From NCBI GenBank assembly GCA_963706025.1, contig CAVPLM010000003.1:224001-288000 (forward strand): 64,000 bases of DNA. The letters run 5' to 3'. The notes beneath the pieces are model-generated. The model was given only the letters and a program-made list of their open reading frames with translations. It searched no databases and had not been told where the DNA came from. Origin of the DNA: an uncultured Actinomycetes bacterium. Its GTDB lineage: Bacteria > Actinomycetota > Thermoleophilia > RBG-16-64-13. A program made the position numbers and the translations under genes. This document shows, piece by piece, positions 43,103 to 54,593 of the stretch (position 1 is its first letter; each line of letters starts with the position of its first letter).

Positions 43103-44606
43103 GAGGCGGTCGGCCGCATCTAGAGCGTAAACCTGTATTTCCGGGTCTGGATCGTCGAGGCAGCGGCGAAGCACGTCGAGAGACGAGGGGTTCCCCAGAT
43201 TCTCGAGCACGTCGATGACCGCCTTTTTCAGCTTACGGTCGTCACTGGCCTCGATGACCCGAGCGAGTTCAGGTGGTTCCAAGAAGGCCAGCATGTCGGC
43301 CTGATCGCCTGGGGGTAGGGCCAGGAGTTCGTCCGCGGTCCTGACCCTGACGTGGAGGCTGGAAAGCGAATCCTCGGGCGTCTGGACCTGTGCTGTCATG
43401 TCGTCGATCGACGATAGCTCTTCGGCATCCCCAAGGTCGACGGTCTCGGTGTCGGTGCCCCCCACGGCCGCGCCCACCACGCCCGCGGTCACCACGCCCG
43501 CGGTCGCGCCGTTGAGGCCATCCGGGTTTCCGGCCTCGATGCCGCGCGGTCTCCATATCGACGAGGAGCGTCTCCTCGGCCGGTTCGACCGCGACCTCCT
43601 CAGGGGCAGGTGCTTCGTGAATATCCCATCCGGCCGGCTCCTCTGACCACGGTGAGGGCGTGGCCGGCTCCGCCGGCTGCGACTCTTCGGGCCACGGTGA
43701 CGAGACGGCCGGCTCGACCGGCTGTGACTCCTCTGGCCACGGCGGTGACGCGAGCGGCTCGGACGACTGTGGCTCTCCACTCCCCTCGGCCGCGAGCTCT
43801 TCTCCGAGCTCCATCTCCAAGCTCTTGCGATCCTGGATCTGCTCGCTTCCGAAGGTGCCTGCCACGGCCGCGGCTGCCACACCCGCACCGGCCGCGCTCG
43901 CCTCCGGCAGCGGAGACCCCCAAAGCGGAGTCGAGCCGTCAGGCTTGACCTCGGTTGCCAGCGGGGCGGCCTCGCTCTGGATGGCCTCGGCCTCGACCAT
44001 CGACTCTGCTCCGGGAGGGGATGCGGTGTCAGGGGCCTTGTGCTCGAGTTGCTTGTCGGCTGCGTATTTCCTGATCTGCAGGAGACGGGTGCGGGCGTAG
44101 CCGCCGCCCGCGTCGTCCTTGGGAAGCTCGATCGTCTCGGCTACAGCCAACACCTTGTCCGGCCGAAAGAGAGCGAGCCGGTTGGTGTCCTCACTGGTGA
44201 GGTCGCCCCACCCGTGAACGATATCGACGACTACAGCCTTCAACGGGTCGTCGGCGAGCGCCCCGCTCTCTGCAGCCCCGCCTGCCGTGGTCGAGGGCTT
44301 GACGAAAGCGGGGGTCTCGCCCGGTACGGCAGGTTGAGGAGTGACTGCAGTGGTCTGAGTAGTGGGAACGAAGGGTGTAGGCGGCGCTTCGGGCGCTTCA
44401 GTCGGCGTGGGTCTGGCCGGCGGTGCGACCACTCGTTCCGCCGACCGGGCCTCGGTGGGACCGGTGCGCCGACGTTTCCGCGTCATCAGGATGAGCAGCA
44501 GCACCAGGAGCAAGACGACTACTATGACGACCGGCAGTATGTAGGCATTTCCAAAAAGCTCTGGCATCTCCATCCACCCTTCCTGGAGTCCGCGCAGCAC
44601 ATCCAT
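43088..44606 (-). CDS. Membrane-anchored protein with disordered linker and C-terminal HEAT repeat, frameshift near 43540
   Basis: TM plus RKRRR, Pro/Glu-rich region, AVIDVLENLG...LDDPDPEIQVYALDA. Confidence 0.6.
43638..43777. repeat. Three-copy 45-bp tandem repeat encoding SPWPEESQP.EPA
   Basis: Units start at 43638, 43683 and 43728. Confidence 0.8.
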
Positions 44607-44765
44607 ATATACTATCCGCCAGCACGGAACCCTGGTAAAGGCGTGTTGTCCACGCTTCGGTCGCCTTAGCGCAGCAGGCGTGAGCCCACCCGGGTCCCTT
44701 CTAGTATTTTCGGCTTCACAGCCCTAGTAGTTGAGGCCGTATCTCAGGGAGGACGCGCCGAGAGG

Positions 44766-45539
44766 ATGATCGACACTCATTCCCACCTTCTGCCCGGAGT
44801 GGACGACGGCTCTCCCGACCTGGCGACCAGCCTGCGGATGGCCGCCGAAGCCGCGGAGGTCGGCACCACTGTCGTGGTGTGCACGCCCCACCTTAGGGAG
44901 CTGGACCTGGCGTTCGTCGAGAGGGCTCGAGAAGAGATCGAGTCGCTCAGGACCGCCTTGATGGAGGCGGGCATCGGACTGGATCTTCTCCTGGGCTTCG
45001 AGGTGGGTCTGGACGTGGTGGCGACTGCCGGAAGAAACGAGCTCGAGACCCTTACGATCGAAGGCAGTGCGGGCGCTCTTCTGATCGAGGTACCTCATTG
45101 GGGCTGGCCGGTCTATGCGCTGGAGGCGGTGTTTCGACTGCGGATGGAGGGTCTTCTACCGGTGCTTGCCCATCCCGAAAGGAACGATCGGATACAACGC
45201 TCCCCGGAACTACTGACAAAGTGCTTGGAAGCGGGGGCGGTCGCGCAAGGTACGGCCGCCAGTCTGAACGGGGACTTCGGTCGCGCGAGCAAGCAGGCGT
45301 TCTATCGCCAGCTCTTCCGAGGTGAGATGAGCCTGCTCGCCTCGGACGCCCATGCCCATCGCCGCTCGAGCTGGACCTTGGCTCCTGTCACCGCGACCCT
45401 GCGCGATCGGATACCGGCAGACGACCTTGACATGCTTGTCCGCGTGAACCCCGGCATCGTGCTCTCAGGAGGCCGGCCGGTGGCGGTCATGCCCTCGGAG
45501 AGACGCTCGTGGCGCAAACGGATGAGGATGGGGCCGTAG
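44766..45539 (+). CDS. CpsB/CapC-family PHP tyrosine phosphatase
   Basis: MIDTHSHLLPGVDDG, TPH, AHPERN, ASDAH. Confidence 0.9.
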   Translation: MIDTHSHLLPGVDDGSPDLATSLRMAAEAAEVGTTVVVCTPHLRELDLAFVERAREEIESLRTALMEAGIGLDLLLGFEVGLDVVATAGRNELETLTIEGSAGALLIEVPHWGWPVYALEAVFRLRMEGLLPVLAHPERNDRIQRSPELLTKCLEAGAVAQGTAASLNGDFGRASKQAFYRQLFRGEMSLLASDAHAHRRSSWTLAPVTATLRDRIPADDLDMLVRVNPGIVLSGGRPVAVMPSERRSWRKRMRMGP

Positions 45540-45651
45540 GGATCTCACCGGGACCCAGCACAGTCGGAGGCTTGGCTGTGCGCTAAGAACTCGTTTCAGA
45601 ATGGAGTCTTGGCCGCCTCGTCCGCGCTGGGCGGAGCGATCCATCTGTCCT

Positions 45652-47094
45652 TCAGTCGCGCCCGTAGCTATCCTCCAAGCGGACGATGTCGTCCTCGCCG
45701 AGGTAATCGCCCGACTGCACCTCGATGATCTCCAGAGGTTCCGGTCCCGGATTGGCCAGACGGTGGGGAGTGCCTACGGGCACGTAGGTGGATTCATCCG
45801 CTGTCAGCCGGAAGACCCGGTTCCCGCAGGTCACCTCGGCGATGCCGCGGACCACCACCCAGTGCTCCGCCCGGTGTTTGTGGAACTGAAGGCTCATGCT
45901 GGCCCCCGGGTCGACGACGATGTGCTTCACTTGGAAGCGCTCACCGCTGTCGATGGAGTCGAACCGCCCCCAGGGGCGCTGCACCCGGCGATGACTCTGC
46001 GTAAGGTCCGGGTCCGCGTCGTGGACGCGGGCCACGAGTCTCTTGAGGTCGGTGGTTTTCTCCCTGCCCGCCACCAGCACGGCGTCGGCGGTCTCGACCA
46101 CCACTAAGTCCTCGGCGCCCAACACCGCGACCAGGCGGGAATCGGCGTGCACCAGCGTGTCCCGGGTATCCTCGAGGATGACCTGCCCTCGGGCCACGTT
46201 GCCGGATTCATCTCTGGGGGAGACGGCCCAGATGGCCTCCCAACTGCCGACATCCGACCAACCGGCCTCGAGAGGCACAACCACCGCCTCAGTGATGGCG
46301 GAGGAGGTGCCGAGTTCTTCCATTACGGCGTAGTCGATGGATTCCGAGGGACAAGCTGCGAAGGCCTCCTTGTCCAGGCGCACCGAGAGACCGTCGATCT
46401 TGGCTCCGGCCATCGCCTGCCGGCAGGCCGCGCCGATGCCGGGGCGGTGCCGCTCGAGAGCCGCCAGCCACACCGAGCGCTTCATCATGAAGATACCGCT
46501 GTTCCAAAGGTGTTCGCCTCCCGCGACGTAGCTTTCGGCGGTCTCCAGGTCGGGCTTCTCCTCGAAACCGGCGAGAACGCGGGCCGTTGCCGCCCGGGAG
46601 ATCGGTTGCCCGACCCGGATGTAGCCGTAGCCCGTCTCGGGTCGCTGCGGGACGATGCCGAAGGTGACCAGCAGGCCCGCTTCGGCCTGCTCTGCGCCTT
46701 CACCGACGGCGGCGTGAAAAGCGGGGATGTTCTCGATGAGGTGGTCGGACGGCATTATCAGCAATACGGGGTCATCCTCCGAGTCGGCGGGTAGCAGCGC
46801 GGCCAGGGTCAGCGCCGGTGCCGTGTTCCGGCCCACCGGCTCCAAGACGACCCGCGGTGCGGTGACGCCGATGTCCCGAAGCTGGTCGAGCACGATGAAG
46901 CGGTATTCCTCGTTCGTAACAACCACCGGCTCGGCTACTGTCGCCCCTGCGAAGCCTTGCAGGCGCAAAGCAGTCTCCTGCAGCAAGGAATTCGGGCCGA
47001 CGAGGGCAAGCAGTTGCTTCGGATGCAACTGCCGCGATGCCGGCCACAATCTGGTGCCGGAACCTCCGGCCAGGATGACGGGTCGGATGATCAA
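45652..47094 (-). CDS. manC: Mannose-1-phosphate guanylyltransferase / mannose-6-phosphate isomerase
   Basis: ILAGGSGTRLWP.SR..HPKQ, EPVGRNTAPA, WSDVGSW, RPWG, SLQFHKHRAEHW cupin. Confidence 0.95.
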   Translation of the reverse strand: MIIRPVILAGGSGTRLWPASRQLHPKQLLALVGPNSLLQETALRLQGFAGATVAEPVVVTNEEYRFIVLDQLRDIGVTAPRVVLEPVGRNTAPALTLAALLPADSEDDPVLLIMPSDHLIENIPAFHAAVGEGAEQAEAGLLVTFGIVPQRPETGYGYIRVGQPISRAATARVLAGFEEKPDLETAESYVAGGEHLWNSGIFMMKRSVWLAALERHRPGIGAACRQAMAGAKIDGLSVRLDKEAFAACPSESIDYAVMEELGTSSAITEAVVVPLEAGWSDVGSWEAIWAVSPRDESGNVARGQVILEDTRDTLVHADSRLVAVLGAEDLVVVETADAVLVAGREKTTDLKRLVARVHDADPDLTQSHRRVQRPWGRFDSIDSGERFQVKHIVVDPGASMSLQFHKHRAEHWVVVRGIAEVTCGNRVFRLTADESTYVPVGTPHRLANPGPEPLEIIEVQSGDYLGEDDIVRLEDSYGRD

Positions 47095-47252
47095 ACCAGC
47101 CCCCCGGGTCCTTTCCGAATCGTGGATCTACAGGGCTCCATGATAGGACGATTGCCGTGACGCGGGCAACCTCTGTATCAGTGATCGACCCAAGCATGCC
47201 GATACCTCGTTTCGGGCTGCACCAAAGATAGCGGGATATACTTCTGGCCACT

Positions 47253-48194
47253 ATGGCGGATGACGTGGGAGACAACGCGGAGAAGACACCGGAAGCAGCA
47301 GGGCCGCCGGGGGACGCGGCGCCTCAGGGGCAAGACACGCCCCAGTTGGATGTGACGCACACGGGGGAGGTGACGCCAGGCGAGCCGACGGCGCGCCGCT
47401 CCCGCTGGAGGCGCCGGTCGTGGAAGCGCTGGTTGGCCGACCTCATGATCGTGGCCGGCGTGTTGTTGCTCGCCTATCCAGTGGGAACTTGGGGCTATAC
47501 CTGGTATCAGCAGCGAGAGCTCCGGCAGCAACTGGAAAGGGACAACCCGCAGATGGCTGCTACCGGTGCCGCTCTCTCGGCCGCCGATTTCGTTCCTATG
47601 GAGGTCGAGGCTGAGACCGCTGAGCAAGCCTCGGCAGGCGCAGTCGAGACAACTGAGACCACGGCCCCGCAGACTGCCGCGGAAATCGCGGCAGCCGCGG
47701 CCGAGGCCGAGCGACTGGCGGAGCTGGCTGCCTTTGAGGCGGCTGCCGACGACTTCGAGCGATCTGTCGGCGGCCGGCCCGGCGAGCCCATCGGCCGGAT
47801 CGTGATCCCCAGCATCGGCATGGACGTGGTCATGGTTGAGGGCACAGGGAAGGGCGACCTACGTGAAGGGCCTGGACATTGGCCGGAGACGCCCTTTCCA
47901 GGCCAGGGGGGCAATTTTGTCGTGTCGGGGCATCGCACTACCTACGGTGCTCCTTTCCTCAAGCTCAACAAGGTGGAGGTCGGCGACCAGATCAACTTGG
48001 TGCTGCCATACGCCGTCGCCCGCTACACCGTGACCCGGGTGATCATCGTCTACCCGGACGAGGTGGACGAGGTGGCCCAACTCGGCAAGGAACAGGTCTC
48101 GCTGGCCGCCTGCCATCCCATCTACAGCGCGAAGCAACGCATCGTGGTGCAAGGGGACATGATCGGCTTCAAGCTGATCGAGCAGCAAGGCTAG
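47253..48194 (+). CDS. Sortase (class D/E-like)
   Basis: TM anchor, GRIVIPSI, GHRTTYG, LAACHP, QRIVV catalytic His/Cys/Arg. Confidence 0.9.
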   Translation: MADDVGDNAEKTPEAAGPPGDAAPQGQDTPQLDVTHTGEVTPGEPTARRSRWRRRSWKRWLADLMIVAGVLLLAYPVGTWGYTWYQQRELRQQLERDNPQMAATGAALSAADFVPMEVEAETAEQASAGAVETTETTAPQTAAEIAAAAAEAERLAELAAFEAAADDFERSVGGRPGEPIGRIVIPSIGMDVVMVEGTGKGDLREGPGHWPETPFPGQGGNFVVSGHRTTYGAPFLKLNKVEVGDQINLVLPYAVARYTVTRVIIVYPDEVDEVAQLGKEQVSLAACHPIYSAKQRIVVQGDMIGFKLIEQQG

Positions 48195-48443
48195 GTGCGC
48201 GGAGGCCAACGCTCGGTGCGTGGGCGCACGTGTCGGCCGTCGACCATCCTCATGATCGTCGGCGCCTTGTTGTCCCTGGCTGTGCGCGGTGATATCAGGA
48301 AGAAGCGGCAATAGCCCTCGCTTGCGACGGGATGCGACCCTCCGTATGCTATGGTCGTCTGGGCGGACACCAGGCTCGACAGACACCAGGCTCGGCGGCC
48401 ACCCGGCCAATGCGGCATGAGCAAAAAACGGAGCGGGCAGTCC

Positions 48444-49466
48444 ATGGGTGTTGATCTCTTCATCGACTATCTCATCAAGGTCACCCCTGAGATCGACGAG
48501 AAGTTGCACGGGTACCTGGCCGGGGTCCCGGAGGGCAGCCCTCTCCACCAGTATCTGTACGGGATCCTGGACGAGTTCATCGTCCGCGGAGGCAAACGGG
48601 CGCGACCGGCTCTGGCCATGCTGGCGTGCGAGGCGGTGGGTGGCGAGCCGCGCAAGGCCCTGTCCGCCGGTTGTGCGATCGAGTTCTTCCATGCAGCGGC
48701 GCTTATCCACGACGACATCATGGATGCGAGCCTACTTCGCCGCGGTCAGAAGTGCGCGCACATCCTGCACGGCGCACCGCTGGCCATCAACGCCGGCGAC
48801 TACGCTCTGGGCCTGGTATGCACCATCGTGGTGCGCGATCCGTTGCTCGACGACGCCACCAAGTTGGCGGTCCTAGACGTCATCGGCGAGATGAGCGCCC
48901 GTACGGTCGAGGGTCAGGCGCTCGACGTGGGCTGGGTGCGCGACGACGTCTACGACCTTACTCTCGATGACTACCTGCAGATGGCTCTAGGCAAGACCGG
49001 GTACTACTCCGGCATTGCTCCGGTCAAGGTGGGATCGATCATCGGGGGGGCCACGAACGAGGAGAAAAAGGCGCTCGAAGGTTTTGGAAAGAGCTCTTCC
49101 ATCGCTTTTCAGATACAGGACGATCTTCTCAACATCCTGGGCGACGTCGACACCATGGGTAAGGACTACCTCACCGACGTGGTCGAGAGCAAGCGGACGC
49201 TCATGGTGATCCACTGCCTGACGGTAGCGGAGCCGGTGGATAGAGAGCGGCTTGTGGAGATCTTGCGTTTGGGACACGGCAAGAACCTGGAGCATGCGGC
49301 GGAGGTGTTGGAGCTGCTGCGGCGTTATGACTCCATCGGGTTCGCGCGCGCCCAAGCCCGCGATCTAATCAAGGAGGCGCGCGAGTGTCTCGGCGTTTTG
49401 CGGGCATCACCTGCCCGTGACGTGCTGGAGTCGATGGCGGACTTCTTCCTGGAGCGGGAGAAGTAG
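48444..49466 (+). CDS. Trans-polyprenyl diphosphate synthase
   Basis: GGKRARP, IHDDIMD..LRRG, GQALD, KT, FQIQDDLLN. Confidence 0.92.
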   Translation: MGVDLFIDYLIKVTPEIDEKLHGYLAGVPEGSPLHQYLYGILDEFIVRGGKRARPALAMLACEAVGGEPRKALSAGCAIEFFHAAALIHDDIMDASLLRRGQKCAHILHGAPLAINAGDYALGLVCTIVVRDPLLDDATKLAVLDVIGEMSARTVEGQALDVGWVRDDVYDLTLDDYLQMALGKTGYYSGIAPVKVGSIIGGATNEEKKALEGFGKSSSIAFQIQDDLLNILGDVDTMGKDYLTDVVESKRTLMVIHCLTVAEPVDRERLVEILRLGHGKNLEHAAEVLELLRRYDSIGFARAQARDLIKEARECLGVLRASPARDVLESMADFFLEREK

Positions 49467-49467
49467 G

Positions 49468-51131
49468 GTGGACGACGCGAGACTGAAGGCGCTGCGCGGA
49501 CTCCCGTCGGTGGAGGAACTGGTAAGCCACTCGGCTGCGGCAGCCCTCCTGGAACGCTACCCGCGGGTTCAGGTGGTCGAAGCGGCCCGGGTGGCGGTGG
49601 AGGCGGTGAGGCAGGCGATCGTGACCGATGGCCCGACGAGCGGCGGAGACACCCGGACCGTCGGCGCTGTGGCGGCTGCGCGAGCCGACGCTTCCTCGGA
49701 GACGCTTCTCGCCCAAATGGCCGTCATCTTGGAGTCGTGGGCGCGGCCGGGCCTGCGGCGGGTCTTCGACCTGAGCGGAGTAGTGGTCCACACGAACCTG
49801 GGTCGCGCTTGCCTGGCCGAAAGCGCGGTGGAGCGGGTGACGGAAATCGCTCGTTCTTACAGCAACCTGGAATACGATCTGGAAGCGGGAGTCCGCGGCC
49901 GGCGTGAGGTCCACGTTGAAGCCCTGCTCACTCGGCTGACCGGTGCAGAGGCCGCCTTCGTGGTCAACAACAACGCGGGCGCGATGCTGCTCCTCTTGAT
50001 GGGACTGGCCTCCGGGCGCGAGGTCCTGGTCTCGCGGGGACAATTGGTGGAGATCGGCGGTTCTTTCCGGCTGCCGGAGATCATGCGTGCAGGAGGCGTT
50101 CGGCTGGTGGAGGTGGGGACGACCAACCGGACCCGGATCTCGGACTACGAAGCTGCCATCACTGCCGAGACCGCGCTGTTGCTGCGGGTGCACACCTCCA
50201 ACTACCGGATCCTCGGCTTCGTCGAGGAAGCCGATTTGGCCGAGCTGGTCGATCTGGGCTGCCGGCGAGGTCTGCCGGTCGCCGACGACCTGGGTAGCGG
50301 CGCCCTGTACGAGCTCGACGCGTTCCTCGGGGAGCCGGCGGTGATGGCGTCGTTGCGGGCGGGCGTGGATGTGGTCTGCTTCAGCGGGGACAAGCTGCTG
50401 GGCGGTCCGCAGGCCGGGATCCTCCTCGGCCGGGCCGAGTTGATCGACAGACTCCGCGGGCACCCGGTAGCCCGTGCTCTACGCCTGGACAAGATGACGC
50501 TGGCCGCGCTGGAGGCGACCCTTCGTCTGTATCAGGACCCGGACCGGGCCCGTCGGGAGATCCCCACGTTGCGCTATCTCAGCCGCACTTCGGCGGAGAC
50601 GAGCGCGCTGGCCTCGGCTCTGCAGGCGGCCATCGAGCGGCGCTGCGGGGACGGTTTCATCCTGGAAGTGGAGGAGTCGAGCGCTCGGGCCGGCGGTGGC
50701 TCGATGCCGCTGGTGGAATTGCCGTCGCATGCCGTACGCATAAGGTTCCCGGAACAACCGGTACAGAGCGGAGCGCAGGGCGGGTCTGCCCGGCCCGCGG
50801 GAGCGGCCGGGGGTCCCGGAGGTTCGGCCGCCACGGACGCGGGGACCTTGCGGGCTTCCGGGCCCACGGTCTCGGCGCTGGAAGCGCAACTGCGCCGGGC
50901 GCCGATCCCCGTGGTGGCGCGGGTATCGCAGGACAGCCTCCACTTGGACGTGCTGGCTCTCGCTGAGAGCGAGGTGGAGGCCGCGGCCGAGAGCGTCGCC
51001 TGGGCGATCGAGCAGCTGGTGGGTCCGCCTACCGGGACGCCGACGGGGCCCTCGACCGGCCCTCCGGCCGGGGCGCCGGCTGCGGCCCCACCCGGGGCCT
51101 CGGCGGGTCTTCGACCGGGGCGGGGCCGTGA
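49468..51131 (+). CDS. selA: L-seryl-tRNA(Sec) selenium transferase; likely ends at the GTGA overlap with selB after a frameshift in a low-complexity tail (raw ORF runs to 51399)
   Basis: HTNLGRA, SNLEYDL, VNNNA, EIGGSFR, EVGTTNRT, DLGSG, FSGDKLLGGPQAG. Confidence 0.93.
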
Positions 51132-53197
51132 CCAAGGGGTCGACGCCCGCGGCGGGTGCGGGCTTGGAGGCGGCGCCCGGCCCCCGGGCGCCCGGGAACC
51201 GGGAGGCTGGGGGTCGGGGGTCCGGAGCAGCGCGTCCCCTGACCTTGGGGACCGCAGGTCACATCGACCACGGCAAGACCACCCTCATCAAGGCCCTTAC
51301 CGGTCGGGACACCGACCGGCTCAAAGAGGAGAAGGAGCGGGGCATCAGCATCGAGCTTGGCTTCGCCGAGCTGGTATTGCCCAGCGGCCGGCATCTTAGT
51401 GTGGTCGACGTTCCTGGGCACGAGCGTTTCGTCAAGACCATGGTGGCCGGGGCCACGGGGATCGACCTCTTCCTGTTGGTGGTGGCCGCCGACGACGGGG
51501 TCATGCCTCAGACCCGAGAGCACCTGCGCATCATCGAACTGCTCGACATCCCTACCGGCATGGTGGCCCTCACCAAGGTCGATGTCGTCGAGCGCGATCT
51601 GGCCGAGTTGGCGCGCGCCGACGCGGAGGAGTTCCTTGCCTCCACCCGTTACGCGGGGGCGCCGATCGTGGCGGTCAGCGGCGTGACGGGGGAGGGACTG
51701 CCCGAGCTGCTGGCCGCGCTCGACCGGTTGGGGGAACAGGTACCGCCGCGCCCCGCGTATCCCGCGACCCGCATGCCGGTCGACCGGGTCTTCTCCCTGA
51801 AGGGGATCGGGACCGTGATCACCGGCACCCTGTGGTCGGGGAACCTCAGCGCCGAAGACACGGTAGCTATTCTCCCGCCCCGGGCCGCTCGAAGCTCCGC
51901 CGGACTTCGCGACATACGGGTGCGGAGCGTGCAGGTGCACGACCAGGAAGTGGCTGTGGCCACCGGCGGCCAACGAGTAGCGCTGAACCTCACGGGCGTC
52001 GACCGAGATGAAGTCGACCGCGGGCAGTGGGTGGTGAAGGATCCCGCCATCAATCCCACCTTCCTGGCCGACGTGCACCTGATGTTGCTGGCCGACGCGC
52101 CCGGCGGGCTGTCCAGGGTGTCCCGGGCGCGGGTGGACCACGGGACCGCCGAGATACTGGCCAAGGTCGTGCTTGCCGACCGCGAATCCCTCGAGCCGGG
52201 AGAGTCCTGCTACGCCCAAGTACGTTTCGAAAGACGGGCCTTGGTGTATCCGGGCGACCAGTTCATCCTCCGCTCGGTCACGCCCGTTACCACTATCGGT
52301 GGGGGCCGGGTGATCGATCCCGCGCCGCATAAACACAGCACCGGGCCGCGGTGGCACGAGCGTCTCGCCTTGCTGGAGCAGGGACCGCCGGACGGGATCG
52401 CCGCCCTATTGCTCGAAGAATCGTTCCCGCGTTTCCTGGTCCGCGGGAGACTGGAAGCCAGTCCTTACCTCTGGCGTTTTGCCACCACTGATGTGGGCGC
52501 GGCCGTCGCCCGCCTGCTGGCGGACGGCCGCGCCCTACCGGTCCTCGGCGTCGGGACTACGGGCGCCGCGAGTGCCCGGCTTCTCCATGGGCCGCGGCTT
52601 CTGTCGCTGACCGAGACCACTCTGGGCACCCTGCGGGCCCAGGCCGAAGACGACGGATTGAACCCATATCTCACCCTCGGCGAGTTGCGGCGGCGCTTGG
52701 CAGGGGGCAAGGAGTGGCCGGCGCTCGACGCCGCGCTCGAGCGACTCCAGGCCGCCGACGAAGTCCTCCGTAGTGAGCATGGCTATCGCTGGGCGGGAGC
52801 TGTCGTCGCGCCGGATACCGCCGAGAGCCTGGTGATCGAGCGCCTGTTGGAGCAATTCACGGCGCCAGGCGCCGCCGAGACGCCGAGCGTGGTCGTGGCC
52901 GCGACGGCCGCCGGGCTCGTGCCTCGCGAGGCGCAGAAGATGGTTGACGCCTTGGTCCGTCAGGGCCGGTTGATCAAGGTAGGCGAAGACCTCTACTACC
53001 CGCAGGACCGGCTGCAGTCGCTCATGGATCGCCTGTCAGCCGCCATGGAGGCGGCCGGGCAACTGACCCTGGCGGAAGCCCGCGATCTGCTTGGCACGTC
53101 GCGGCGTTATGCCCAGGCCCTTCTCGAGCACATGGATTCTGAAGGCCTGACCCTCCGGGTGGGTGAGGCGCGGCGCCTGCGGCGCCGCCGCCGGTGA
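51128..53197 (+). CDS. selB: Selenocysteine-specific elongation factor
   Basis: [33 protein letters not shown]-terminal winged helix [19 protein letters not shown]. Confidence 0.95.
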   Translation: MTKGSTPAAGAGLEAAPGPRAPGNREAGGRGSGAARPLTLGTAGHIDHGKTTLIKALTGRDTDRLKEEKERGISIELGFAELVLPSGRHLSVVDVPGHERFVKTMVAGATGIDLFLLVVAADDGVMPQTREHLRIIELLDIPTGMVALTKVDVVERDLAELARADAEEFLASTRYAGAPIVAVSGVTGEGLPELLAALDRLGEQVPPRPAYPATRMPVDRVFSLKGIGTVITGTLWSGNLSAEDTVAILPPRAARSSAGLRDIRVRSVQVHDQEVAVATGGQRVALNLTGVDRDEVDRGQWVVKDPAINPTFLADVHLMLLADAPGGLSRVSRARVDHGTAEILAKVVLADRESLEPGESCYAQVRFERRALVYPGDQFILRSVTPVTTIGGGRVIDPAPHKHSTGPRWHERLALLEQGPPDGIAALLLEESFPRFLVRGRLEASPYLWRFATTDVGAAVARLLADGRALPVLGVGTTGAASARLLHGPRLLSLTETTLGTLRAQAEDDGLNPYLTLGELRRRLAGGKEWPALDAALERLQAADEVLRSEHGYRWAGAVVAPDTAESLVIERLLEQFTAPGAAETPSVVVAATAAGLVPREAQKMVDALVRQGRLIKVGEDLYYPQDRLQSLMDRLSAAMEAAGQLTLAEARDLLGTSRRYAQALLEHMDSEGLTLRVGEARRLRRRRR

Positions 53198-53449
53198 CGA
53201 GGGACCCATCGCCAGCGTGGACGATGCTCGCCAGATAGCCCTGGGACGAGTCGAAGCTACGTGAGGCGATCGACCGCCGAAGCGCGCGCTTGGGGGGTGT
53301 CAACCTACTCACGGGACCTCCGCGATGGTAATGTAAGCGGACTGCCCCCAGGTATCGGCTGCTTGAGCCCAGGGGCCTGCGAGGGCCTGAGGGCGCCCGA
53401 CCCCACAGAGTAAGCACGGAATAGAGCCACGACGAGAAGGGGAAAGCAC

Positions 53450-54559
53450 GTGAAGATCAAAGCGGCTGTCCTACGGGAAGTCAAGAAAGGCTACAGTATC
53501 GAGGAACTTGAGCTCGAACCGCCACGTGCGGGTGAGGCCCTTATCAAGTATGCCTACACCGGCTACTGCCACAGCGATCTGAGCAACCTCATGGGCCGGA
53601 TCGAGATGGCCTTGCCGATGGTGGCCGGCCACGAATGCGCCGGCGTCGTCGAGGCCGTTGGCCCGGGCGTGACCCGCGTGAAGGTGGGCGATCACGTTGC
53701 CAGCGCGTGGATGGTCCCCTGCGGGGACTGCCCCGAGTGTCGCCGCGGGCTAGGCAATGTCTGCTCGGGCAACTTCCAGCACTTCGTCGGGGGCACCATG
53801 CTCGACGGTACCACCCGCATCAGGGACGCCAAGGGCAAGCCGGTTCTGCACGGCAACTTCGTATCCGGCTTCTCCGACTATACGGTGGCCCCCGAGGGCG
53901 CACTCGTGCCCATCCGCAAGGACATGCCTCTCGACTGGGCCTCCCTGATGAGTTGCTGCGTTCCCACAGGTTGGGGGACGGTAACCAAGCTGGCCAATGT
54001 CCAGCCTGGGGACAAGGTCGCCGTATGGGGCCTGGGAGGCGTGGGTCAGAACACGCTCCGCGCGGCCAAGATGCGGCAGGCCAACCCCCTCATCGCAGTG
54101 GATCTCGAGGAGTCCCGACGCGACCTCGCCCTCGAGTTGGGCGCCACGCACTTCATCTGCAATTCGCAGGAGGACCCTGTCCCGATCATCCAGGGGCTGA
54201 CAGGCGGGGGCGCGAACTTTATCTTCGAGTGCAGCGGAGACCCGGGCGCCCTGGTGCAGGCCTGGTGGGCACTGGGAGCGGCCGGTCGCCTTATGGTCAT
54301 CGGGATCATGGCCCAAGACCAGGTGGCGCCCATGCCCCTGACCTTCATGGCCCTGCAGCAGAAGGCGATGATCGGCGGGCTCTACGGTTCCATCTCGACA
54401 AAAGACGACATCCCGAAATTGGTCGATCTCGCGATGACCGGGGAGCTGAAACTGGACAAGATAGTAGAGGGCAAGTTCAAGCTCGAACAGATAAATGAGA
54501 TCGCCGAGAAGATGGAGAAGCGGCAGCTCGGCGGGCGCTGGGTCTGCGAATGGGACTGA
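53450..54559 (+). CDS. Zn-dependent MDR alcohol dehydrogenase, probably mycofactocin-coupled
   Basis: CHSD, GHECAG, CGDCPEC...C structural Zn, GLGGVG; directly upstream of mftA. Confidence 0.88.
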   Translation: MKIKAAVLREVKKGYSIEELELEPPRAGEALIKYAYTGYCHSDLSNLMGRIEMALPMVAGHECAGVVEAVGPGVTRVKVGDHVASAWMVPCGDCPECRRGLGNVCSGNFQHFVGGTMLDGTTRIRDAKGKPVLHGNFVSGFSDYTVAPEGALVPIRKDMPLDWASLMSCCVPTGWGTVTKLANVQPGDKVAVWGLGGVGQNTLRAAKMRQANPLIAVDLEESRRDLALELGATHFICNSQEDPVPIIQGLTGGGANFIFECSGDPGALVQAWWALGAAGRLMVIGIMAQDQVAPMPLTFMALQQKAMIGGLYGSISTKDDIPKLVDLAMTGELKLDKIVEGKFKLEQINEIAEKMEKRQLGGRWVCEWD

Positions 54560-54593
54560 GAGGCTGACGCGCTCTTCCTGACGGAGGGAATAC

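Noticed and set aside
43638-43777. CRISPR-like array
   Set aside because: Contiguous in-frame coding repeat with no spacers and no cas genes
48195-48313. Short ORF after the sortase with a hydrophobic then basic tail, like a sorting signal
   Set aside because: No LPxTG-type motif and no RBS; insufficient support
53198-53449. selC tRNA or a riboswitch after selB
   Set aside because: No cloverleaf with a UCA anticodon and no recognisable aptamer
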